Source: Octopus vulgaris
Lineage: Eukaryota
DNA length: 64,000 nt
Assembly (NCBI GenBank): GCA_951406725.2
Contig: OX597830.1
Span: forward strand, 58,032,001 to 58,096,000
Direction: 5' to 3'
The notes beneath the pieces were generated by a model. The model was given only the letters and a program-made list of their open reading frames with translations, did not search any database and was not told where the DNA came from. A program made the translations under genes and the position numbers. This document shows, one piece after another, positions 13,906 to 25,900 of the stretch (position 1 is the first letter of the stretch; every line of letters starts with the position of its first letter).

Positions 13906-16900
13906 ATTAACACACACAAACTAGATCATCAGCTATGATTCATTCAAATGTGGGTGTAATTAAAATGTAATTTTCTTTCAATAGCAACAACAAATTATAT
14001 AAGTTCATGAGTAAAACACACACACACACACACACACACGTGCAAATTTTATTTGACCTACAGCGATGAATATTCAAAACTTTATGGGCCAATCCTTCAT
14101 TTGCTGTTACATAAAGACAACACCATTATCATTGTCACTACAATTCAGCCACAAATCAACCTCAGTTGTGATGATCTATGAAGAAAGGCACTCCAGTTAT
14201 GACCATCCTATCTTTTATCCTGGACCATATTATGCAATGCATTCTTTTCTAAGGCAATCCAGCAGGGTTTGAGGAAAATTTGGTTGCTATTTCTACAAAA
14301 GTAAATAAACATTAGAAGCTCCCACATAGGCCTCAGATTGTAATTATTGATGTTGTTTAAGAACAATCATCATCATAATTTAATGTCCGTTTTCCATGAT
14401 GGCATGTGTTGGACAGTTCGACTGGGGTCTGGGAAGCCAGGGGCTGCACCAGGCTTCAGTCTGATCTGGCAGTGTTTCTACAGCTGGATGCCCTTCCTAA
14501 CACCAACCACTCCAAAAGTGTAGTGGGCGCTTTTTACGTGCCTGAGAAGGTTGGCAACGACTACGATCGGTTAGTGCTTTTTATGTACCACCAGCACATG
14601 ATATATTGGGTTGGCAACTAAGTTCCCGCTGTTTTTTTTTTAATTTTGGAATTTATTGCGTTTTTAAATTTTGGAATCTATAGTTAATTTTTGGAATGTC
14701 AAGTTAAGAAAAACGAGCATTTTCAACACCTCCTCCTTTTTGCTTTTAATCAAGGTTTTAAAGCCACAAAAGCTGCTCGTGACATTTGTGCTGTGTATGG
14801 AGAGAGTGCCATAGCTGGAAGAACCGCTCGTGATTGGTATGCCAAGTTCAAAAATGGAAATTTTGACCTCAAAGACGCACCTCATTCTGGCCGTCCAGTT
14901 GAGTTCGATGAAGAGTAATTAAACCAACTTTTGCACGAAAATTCTTGTCAAACGACAAGGGAACTGGCAGAGAAAATGGAATGCTCCCACACTGCTATAG
15001 AGAAGCATATTCACTCGATGGGAAAGGTTCAGAAGTATGGAGCATGGGTTCCACATGCTTTAAGTGACAACAACAAAAATCAACGAGCCACAATCTTCGC
15101 TATCTTGCTTACTTGTCACTGCTCAACTCATGGACACGAGCAACGATTTCTTTACTGAATCGTTACTAGCAACGAAAAATGGTGCCTGTACATCAATATG
15201 AAGCAGCGTAAAGAATGGCTTAGCCCCGGTAAACAAGCGACACCGCACGTGAAACAAAATCTTCATCTGCGTAAAATGATGTTGTGCTTATGGCGGGACT
15301 AGGAAGGGATTATCCATTGCAAATTGCTTGAATGGAACTAAACGGCCAACGCGGAACTCTATGTTCAACAGATGGAATGACTCAACATGGCTATTCAAGA
15401 GAAAAGACCTAATCGGCAACGTGGAGTTCTTCTGCATGACAACGCTCGCCCTCATATCGCCAATATGACCAAGGAAGCCATTCAAATGCATGGCTGGGAA
15501 ATGCTGCCACACCCGCCGTACTCTCCTGATTTGGCACCAACGGATTTCCAGCTCTTTCGATCTCTTTCAAATGCTATGCGCGGAGTTTCGTTCAATACTG
15601 ATTCAGAATTGAGAGCTTGATTGAATCAATCTTTTGAGTCGAAATCAGGTGATTTCTACCAATGGGGTATTGAAAATCTTGTTGAACGTTGGGAAGCAAC
15701 AAAGGTGAATACATTATTGATTAATTAGTTGTTATTTTTTATTAAACCTTTTAAAAAATCTAAATTTTAAAAAACGGTGGGAACTTAGTTGCCAACCCAA
15801 TAAAATAATCCCTTGACTTTCGTGGGTTTTACATTACTAAACCCCTCGTGATAGGTGAAAATCCACACAATAGAAACAATACTGTGCTACATATTTTTTT
15901 GGGTTATCTTTATAATTTGTACATATTTATTTTATTATAAATGCAAAACAAACACCACAGAGGAATTGACGGAAGCGTAAATGAGAAGCCATGACAGGTG
16001 AACTGCGATATGGTGAGAGATTACCATATGCTGTATAGGATAATGACATTCAATGGTACATGAACAGTAATGGATTTAGACATAACCTTAGCAAACTAGA
16101 CCTTAGGGTCTCAATCTGTAGGGGCCTCCAAATAATTAAAAAGCACAAATGTTTTCAATTTTTCTGAGATTTTCTAGTGTGAATTTTCTTTAACAATAGT
16201 CTCAAAACTTTATACAAGCAAAGGGCCTCAACAATTTATATAGATTAGGGCATCTGAATCCAGCATAGATAATAATATTGTGAACGAAGGCTTTCCAAAA
16301 GTGACAAGATCAAATTTTTTTAAGCAATAGTGTATCTAGTGATTAGAAGGAGATTTGGCTATTATTTCTAACAGTTTGAATGACTGTAAAGTCTCTTTTG
16401 CAGCGAGCTGACAGGAATGGTATCATGTCAGACTAAATTCTTAGTGATATTTTAAACACACCTCCCTAAAGGTGGCTTTACCTTTCAACATTTTGGAGTG
16501 AAAATTATGTAAGTAACAGTCATACACTGGGGTTATCCGGTCTAAAATAAATTTTGTGCCTAAGTAATAAATCAATATCATACAAAAACCATGATTGCTA
16601 TCCATCAAGAATTATAGAAATATTTCTTAAACTCCTGAGGCAAGTCTAAAAAAATATCATTGAATAAAATTACTGAATGGATATTAAAATAAAGACCTGT
16701 TTGTAATTGGCACGACCAAAACTGCTGATATAAAGTTCATATTGACTGATGGGTGACATTTCAAAGACTTCCTGATCAACATCCGTATCCAACACAATCA
16801 ACTTCCTCAATTCTTTGTTGCGAGCGATTAACTTGGACTTAACTTCTTTACTGACATGTCGTCGATTTGTCCTTGTGATCTCCACAATGCCATAATTATA

Positions 16901-19276
16901 GGGTTTGTTAGATTTTGTTTTGGTAATGTCCTGCTGATCATTATTAACTGAACCCCTGTGTAAATCTTCTCTTGGACTTGGTGGTGTTGGGGTTTTCTAG
17001 AAGAGTATTTTGAAAGAAAGAAGACAAGATTTAATCAGTTTTTGTAAAAATATTTTCTTAAATGTTTTGTCATATTTATGTAAAAAAAAAAATTTAACCT
17101 GTCACAGGAACAACATTGAACTCTTACTTATTTTAGCAAATATGGGACAGCACTCTAGACATATTCTGGACCAATTAACCCTCTTCAGCGAAGCATACAT
17201 TCACTATATTTGCGAAAGTAGTGATGGAGAGAATCACAAAGTATACTGCATGGTACACAAGTTGAAAGAGAAAATTAGCAAATTTTAAACAAACAAATTA
17301 CTAAGAAATACCATCTTTATGGAAAAAGAAAACAAAATATTAAAATTTTGTGACAACATATTTAATGTAGCTAGTTTTAAGATATACACTATGAATAAAA
17401 GACAACATTAATCAATTATTAATATTATTTTAAATATTCCAAAAGGCAAGGGACACAACTCTGAAAATGTTTTAGCATTATTATTCTTCCTCAACAACAC
17501 AAATACTTTATCATGTATGTGAAAGTAATAATTAAAAGAACAACAAAGAAAATGTACAATATTATAAAAACATTAGTTACTGATTAATAATTTTGCTTCA
17601 TTGCATAATTACAAATAAATGCTTTTTCATATAGATAGCATGGGTGGTCTAAAATAGAAAAACTCTATAATGCACTTTGCTACTTACAGCATGAGGAATG
17701 TTAATTTCATACTGACAAATTAGTTATTGGACTGAATGAGCAGGGGTTAAACCTCCTGGCAAAGGATTCAGTTCAATTCCAGTGATAGTATATAAACAAC
17801 AGACCCACAAAGTGAAGGGCCAATATCCTAATAATTCAACCAACTGCATTTCTTATGCTATGAATAGTTTATATTGTATGTAATTTTTCTGAAGCAAAGT
17901 ATATTTTTAACTCCAATATTGGTTTTAAACTTTGGTGCAAGGCTAGCAATTTCAGGAGAGGAAGTAAGTCGATTACATTGACCCCAGTACATGACTGGTA
18001 CTTATTTTATCAACCCTGAAAGGACAAAAGGCAAAGTCAACCTCAGCAGAATTTGAACTCAGAACATATGAAGCGCTGCTAAGCATTTTTATGAACGCAT
18101 TAATGAGTCTGCCAGCTCACCGCTTTTTCTAATCCCAATTTTAGAACAGAATAGAAAAGGAAACTGCTTCTCTTATTAAAGAAATCAAAATGAATTGAAA
18201 TATCTTTGTCTTTCAGGTATCCATTTGCCATACATCACTAAAGTTCCACTTACCTCTACCTCCGTTTTCTCTGTGGCACTTGGAATTCTTACATTATCCT
18301 AATAAGAGAGCAAAACATTCCGATTGTAAGATTCTATTTTCATGATGTTCGTCTTTCTTTAAATTTCTAAATCTGAGAAACAAAATTATTTTTTGTTCAA
18401 AATTACAACATTTAGAATTTTACAATTTATTCTTTGTATCTTTTACTTGTTTCAGTTATTGGACTGTGGCCATGCTGGGGCACTGCCAAATCAACCCCAA
18501 TACTTATTCTATCAGTCTTTTTTCTTTTAGCTGAACTGCAAAGTTACAGAGATATAAACACACCAACATCAGTAATCAAGTGGTACTGGGGTGGGGTAGG
18601 GTGAGGGGACGAGGGGGACAAATGTGCACATCTGATGGATGGTTTTTATCTGCCAAATTCACTCACGCAGCATTGACCTGCCCAGGGCTATCAGTAGAAG
18701 CCAACTGCGCATGGTGCCATGCAGCGGGACTGAACTCAAAACTGTGGGGTTGGCAAGTGAAATTCTGAACCACAAAACCCATGCCTCAATATCTTTCCAG
18801 TAATATCCAATTCTGACATCATCAATAGAGTGATGGTTGAGTAAAAGGTGGATTTAGTGAAGATGGAAAGTACTTATGGGGAAACTGGGTGAAGCTGACC
18901 ATAATGGCAGTGGTAAACATTCTTTTGTAAGTATTACCAGAAGGTACAGCTAATTCATTTCTTTGTTTCTTGTTACCTTCTAAAGTTAAGCATAAAGGTT
19001 ATGTTTCTTCAGAGGAGGGGAAATGAAATCTGCCCTGCCCATCTCTTTCCCAGAAGAATTGGTAATGAATGTGCCAATAAATAACAATAACTATAAGTCA
19101 CAATTAAGTTACAACCCGAGCTTCTGTTTTGAAGTGTTTCCCATATGATACTATTGGTGGTATTCAACTACTCACCATTAGCACAAAGGTGGACTTGTAC
19201 AACACTGCAAGCTAAGAAAAATCTTGTCATATCTATAGTCACTTGGTTATTGATAAAACACAATCAACCCTGGAAC

Positions 19277-19344
<68 letters not shown>

Positions 19345-22300
19345 CAAGAGAATCTAGGCACATTGGCATGTAGGACACCAGGACTGGCTAGGTACCATAA
19401 CATTGAGTTCACGGTGAGGTAAAGACAATTATGATGTGTCAATAATGTACTGCATGTATGTATATATTAGGTACCACATCCAATACAAACTGTAAATCTG
19501 ACTCAGGGTTAGTTCCAGGTGTGGTGTAGATATAAAAAGAATGAGGTTTAAAACTTAAAATTTACTGCACCTTTTAAACCCCATTTGTGTTCTTTATATA
19601 TATATATATATATATCTCAACCAACACACTCATAAATTAGATGCAGTTTAATCTTGTCAGTGACCAGGTTACAGTTTGTGCAATGAAAATTTTGACATCA
19701 AATATATGTTGAAATGAAGTTAAGAGACTTTGGATGTTTTTGATCGGCTAATATGGGTGTCTTTCTTGAACTGTTTTAGTTTCACCATTGGTCTTGGATC
19801 AAATGCCAGGTAAGTGTACCTTCAAGACAACAATTGTTTCTGATTTAAGCACAAGACTAGTAACTGTAGGGGTGGGGAGGGATTAATCAAATACACCAGC
19901 CCTAATAGTTGACTGGTACTTTATTTTATTAACCTCCCCAAAAGGATGAAACGCAAAGATGACCTTGGTAGGATTTGAACTCAGAATGTAAAAGACCTAG
20001 AAGAAATACTGTAAGAAATTTTGCCTGATTTCAACTCAAAACTAGAGGTTAACAAAACAGTTTTCAAATAAGAGTGTCCCCTGAAAGTCCCTATTTATAA
20101 CAAAATGGTAGAATCTGAGAAAACTGGTGGTGTTCCACAATGTCAAATATTTGCACTGAAAGTAAATTTTATGCTGAGAGGAAAACGAGAAGGTTAATAT
20201 TTTGGCCAGAACAATTCACAACAGAGAGAGAGAGAGAGAGAGAGAGAGAAATTTGTTCCCTAGTGGTACTGGATTAATAAATTTATAAAGAATCAGTAAA
20301 AAATACACTGTGGTGTAATATCAGTGGCAGCTCTTTCATCATGACAACCTATAACCTACCAATTCCATAATTGGTGACTCAATTTACTCAAATGACAAAA
20401 TAGAATAAAAAAAGTACTTTAGAGAAGTACTTTCTGATTCCTCAAAATATTTAATACCAATAAAAGTTGTATTTACAAAGTTAAACTCGCAAATATCTAT
20501 TAAGAAAAGTTCAGATATTTGCATTCCAACTAAACATATTCAGAAGTGAAAGGCTTTTGTTCTCAGACTTCAATCGACAGGAAGCAAGATACATTACTCC
20601 AATCACTAATCAACTTGGTTATTCGTTCTGTTAATTTCCTGTATATTATTACCTCTTTCATCAACAATCAACAGAATAAAAAGAGAAGCTGACAACAGTA
20701 GAAGCTTCTCTCAACATATTTACTTTTACAGCTGCACAGTTGTAGTTAATGACTACATAACGAGTAACAAATACATATTTTTTAATAAATAAATTTTTAC
20801 ATTTTCATTTTCTTTGCTGTGAGGTTCAGACAAACTTTCATCAAAGTCATCAGAATAATCCTGTAAAAACAAAGACTTGTAATTAATCTTTTAGTGGCAA
20901 ACACATCTATTTTAAGAAAACATTTCCTAATATGGCAAAAGAAAGAAACGCCAGTATTAGAACTGTTATCTATTATATTACTGAAGTTAACAAATTTTTA
21001 CTCCACCAGTTAAGCTATAAATGGAAATATTAACATTCTTATTTAGAAGATTAGATTTTCTATAATTTCTCAATCAAAATGATATAAATTAACTTTAAAA
21101 AAATCATGACAAGTTACAGATGTTTTCTTTCTCAAAGTAGAATATAATCCTTATGGATCAAAGAGAATATATTGATATGATACTTTTATATATAAATATA
21201 TTTGTGCTGAAAAAAAAACTGGAAAATTATGAAGTAAAGGAAATTTAGCTCCCTTTAGTCAGTTTCCACTTCTTATTTTAAATTAGAATGTAAACATTAG
21301 AGAAGAAGAATTTTAAAAAAAATATATCAGCCTATGGTGAAAGAAGTTTTAGGAGATTCTGCAATTAAGAAATTATATTTTGTTGAAATTCCCCCCATTC
21401 TCACTAAAGGTCAAAACTGGTATTTCTTTACTACTTTTAATTCTAAGTTAGTCAAAGACATTCCAATCTCAATATCACTGTCATTTGTTGAAGAGCACTT
21501 TCCATTATCATCTTTAAGCTGACTTTGATGCTTTTGCTGTGGTGCAGAATCTCTAAGATGTACTTCAGTTCACTAACGGCACGGGGAGTCAGTATTCTAA
21601 CTGTAGCCATTTTGTCGATATAACTGGAACACAGAATTTAAAGATATGGTTGCTGTTTGGACAACAGTGAAATGTTTTGTTTTTGTGAGGGAATTTCATC
21701 GTTGTATTAAGTATAAGAGTGACAAGAGATTGAGATAAAGATCAATTTAACCAATTTTAATTAACATGAAGTGCATAAGAGTGACAGGAAATCGATCTTT
21801 ACCTCAATCTCCTGCCACTCTTATGCACCTGACATTAATTAAAATTGTTTGCCAGCTCTGTCTGGCAACCGTGTCGGTGGCACGTAAAAGCACCATCTGT
21901 TCGCGTCCGTTGCCAGCCTCGGCTGGCCCCCGTGCCGGTGACACGTAAAAGCACCATCCGTTCGTGGCCGTTTGCCAGCTCTGTCTGGCAACCGTGTCGG
22001 TGGCACGTAAAAGCACCATCTGTTCGCGTCCGTTGCCAGCCTCGGCTGGCCCCCGTGCCGGTGACACGTAAAAGCACCGTCCGTTCGTGGCCGGTTGCCA
22101 GCTCTGTCTGGCCCCGTGTCGGTGGCACGTAAAAGCACCATCCGTTCGTGTCCGGTGCCAGCATCGCCTGGCCCCGTGCCGGTGACACGTAAAAGCACCA
22201 TCCGTTCGTGGCCGTTCGCCAGCTCTGTCTGGCACCTGTGCAGGTGGCACGTAAAAAACACCCACTACACTCGCGGAGTGGTTGGCGTTAGGAAGGGCAT

Positions 22301-22879
22301 CCAGCCGTAGAAACACTGCCAGATCTGACTGGGCCTGACGAAGCCTTCCAGCTTCACAGACCCCAGTTGACCCGTCCAACCCATGCTAGCATGGAAAACG
22401 GACGCTAAACGATGATGATGATGATGATGTATTAAGTATAGCAAACAACTGCAGAGAGGATCAGGTTTGGGACTGTCAAGACATTTGAAGCCTAATGAAA
22501 TGAATTCTGTTTGATCCAATATCAAGCTTATACTATGGAGAATCAATCTCTGAAGAATTAATCAAAATCTCTTACTTCAAAATCATCAGCATAATCGTAG
22601 TCATTATCATATGAATCATTTCTCTTCTCAACCGTTTCTTCCTCAATCACATTTGCTTCACTTGCTTCTTTTATCTTAAAAAAAAAGAAGAAAAAATCAA
22701 AAAGAAATAAATATATAGGTGCAGGAGTGGCTGTGTGGTAAGTAGCTTGCTTACCAACCACATGGTTCCGGGTTCAGTCCCACTGCGTGGCACCTTGGGC
22801 AAGTGTCTTCTACTATAGCCCCGGGCTGACCAAAGCCTTGTGAGTGGATTTGGTAGACAGAAACTGAAAGAAACCTGTC

Positions 22880-22912
<33 letters not shown>

Positions 22913-25900
22913 CTTGTCCTCCCACCATCGCTTGACAACCGATGTTGATGTGTTTGCCTCCCTTTGACTTAGCAGTTCAGCAAAAGAGATCGATAGAATA
23001 AGTATCACCTGGTTAACTATACTGGTGACTAGGCTATAGCCAACACCACCAGATATTTTGAGCATCTCTGCAGTGATTCCAGGCTTTTCATGTCTTCATA
23101 CTCTTAATTGCTTTATCTACCAAGGTACTGTCAATTCGGATAGCTCATCCCTCTGTTGGGTGGACATTCGGCAGACTCTCTTTCTCCCATTCATTCTCTT
23201 TATTGAGCAACCTTTCATAGTGGCACCTCCAAGCTTCTCTCTTTGCAACCTCGTTTAGTGCAAGTGAACCATCATCCATGTGGATACATTTCTCTCCTAC
23301 CACATCACGATTCTCTCTGTCTTGCAACATGAAATACTTCAAGTCTTTGGTCCTCACAGTGCAGAACATTGGCAAATTTTTTCCTATCTGCTTCCCCTCT
23401 GGCTAAATAAACCCGTCTCCTAGCTTCCCTTCCTGCTACCACTGTTCTTCCAAGCCTGTTTCTTTTCTCTAATAACCCTGTCAGCAAACATTGTTCCACC
23501 ACCACATTATCTTGGGTCAAGAGGGCACTTTGCACCATCCACAGATCTGGTCAGTGGCTCTCAGCAGGTCGTCCCACAGAAACCTCCAGTTGTCTTCCAC
23601 ATTGTGCGAAGTTATATCCCCTTCTATTTTGTCAAAGGCTTTAAGTAATACGTCTCTACATTTCTGTCCATTCACAGAATCTTTAAGCTTCCAGACTCTT
23701 CTCCTCCATGCTGGTCATCTTCCGGGCATCCATTTAGCCCTGATCCTGAAGTCGCTAACTACTAGTCCATGTTGTGGGATACATTCTTCACCTGCATTTA
23801 TTATCAGCCATCTTTCCCTTTTTCTGGTGAGGATGTAGTCAATTTGGTCAGTGTGCCTGCCAGAATGGTAGGTGACTAGGTGACTGGCAGGTTTCCTGAA
23901 GTTAGTATTGCAAACCATAAAATCATTTGCATCGCAGAACTCCAGCAACCTGGTTCCATCCTCAATGCGGGAACCAAACCCATAGCCTCCATGTACGCCA
24001 TGGAAGACCCCTGTATGTTGTCCAACATGTCCATTGAAGTCACCAACCACAAAAAGAAGGTCCTTGTCATTCGTCAACGAGGTAGTCTGCAAGAGGGTAT
24101 TATAAAATCAGTCCTTCTGTCCATTGGGTACCCCTGGCTGAGGGGCATAGACCAAGATAATGGTTGCTAACCCATAATGAAGCACTAATCTAATCTTAAG
24201 TATTCTGTCACATACTCTGACTACCTCGATTACCTTATCCACCCATTTCTCCACAAGAAGTATACCCACAACCCCGACCCCATCAGTGTTCCCTGTCCAG
24301 AAAATCTTGTTCCTGTGTTCTTTGCCTGTGAGGAACCTAGCAGAACCTTACTTCTTGGAGGCAGCACAAATCAACACATCTCTGTTCAAGCATCTCAACA
24401 ATCTCACCAGACCTACCTTTCAGTGTGCCAACATTGAGTGTGTCAACCCTGACGGTGTGGGAGGTGTGTGCTCATGAGACCCTGGGATGGGGGACAGCAG
24501 TGTCATGTACCTAAAAAGAAAGCTTGCATTTGGCAGAATTCATAAACAAACAATAGCCTTCAACCTGCATACACTACACCATCATTTTTATGTGCTACAT
24601 GATCACAACCTTACATAGCAGATAAACCCTAAGTAGGGGTGGGGATGGCGTTAAGCCTTTAGAAGTGTTCATGGGAGACAACCAAAGGATGACAAAAGAT
24701 AGGAACTTCCGGTAGAGGTGGAGGGGGTGGGAGGGCAGGCATACCGCGAGGTAGCAAATTTAGACGAGAGCATCTTCTGGATTCAAATTCTTTTGGTGGA
24801 GGTATTAAAAATCGAGTAGGGGAATCCAGGTGGGTGTGCTAGTTTATATAGGGTGGGGGTGAGGGTGGAGGAAGTGTTGGTGAAACAAGTGGTAATCGAA
24901 AGAGAAAGAGAGAGACAGACAGGCAGAGAGAGAGAGAGGGGGCCAGTGTTAGGGTGGTCAGAACACGAGGGAGAAAAATATTCTTTTGGGATTTTGGGTA
25001 ACATAATTTAATGAAACAGCAAATGCCAATAATAGTGAAATAGAATTGAAAAATCTTATCATTAAATTCTATTTTTAACATAATTAACCTACAATGATTT
25101 ATAAGATGTGTTGATGAGCCACAACTTATCAAACAAGCCACATCTCAGTCACCATTCATGCTTCTTCAGCTTATGAAGTGGACTATGCTTTGAGGATTCC
25201 AGATTTTACAAAAGTATTTTGATTTTCTCACAACTGACATTTTCATAAACATGTCCAGTGTTTATAGGAATCCTCATGACAAATTGTCAAAGAATTCAAT
25301 TGGACAGATGCTAACACGTTAGGAAAAAAAAAAAGAAACTCAAAATTTTCCTATTTTGTATGCTTTGTTCATTATTTCGAGTAGTTTTTTTTTTTTTTAG
25401 AAAATTAATTATGGTTGCTTTTTAACCCCAAACAGACCTGTGATCACCCCATTTTCTTTCAGTATGTCCAAGACAAACATTATCCTGTATAGACATATTT
25501 TCTGTTTATATGACAATAGCATATCCATTCACTATTCCAGGAGTAGGGTGCTCGCAATGGACCCTGGCTGGATTCACAAGCATGAATACCTGAGACTGGA
25601 TATTATCCAACCATCCCATTCTTAACCAATCCTTTCTTGTGACATTCTAATCAAGTCTGTGGAGCTGGATTCTCCTTGATCTCCAAGCTATGCACCCTGT
25701 TAAGTAATGCTACCCCTGTGATCCCCATTAAAGAAACCCCATTTTGGTTACTTATACCCAGCATTCATGACCACAGGTGAAGAGAGACACAGAAACCAAA
25801 TTGAAGATAGCAAGTTTGGCTTTTTTTACTGAAATCTCTCCTTTTCTGAGGATCAAATGCAAGAACTGGCACATTACCATCCCAGCAGCTACAATTCTAG

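Noticed and set aside
21851-22262. CRISPR-like array of palindromic repeats (also 28258-28570 and 57665-58170)
   Set aside because: The intervening sequences are near-identical rather than unique spacers, there are no cas genes, the context is eukaryotic, and the arrays are contiguous with RTE 3' UTR.
21804-22379. 191 aa and overlapping ORFs
   Set aside because: Products of a GC-rich tandem repeat inside a retroelement.
24511-24773. Spliced 5' exon and intron in the RTE element
   Set aside because: The spliced frame does not match the endonuclease frame. A 1 nt indel in the poly-T run behind the ATG at 24543 explains the sequence more simply. It remains only a cryptic acceptor.
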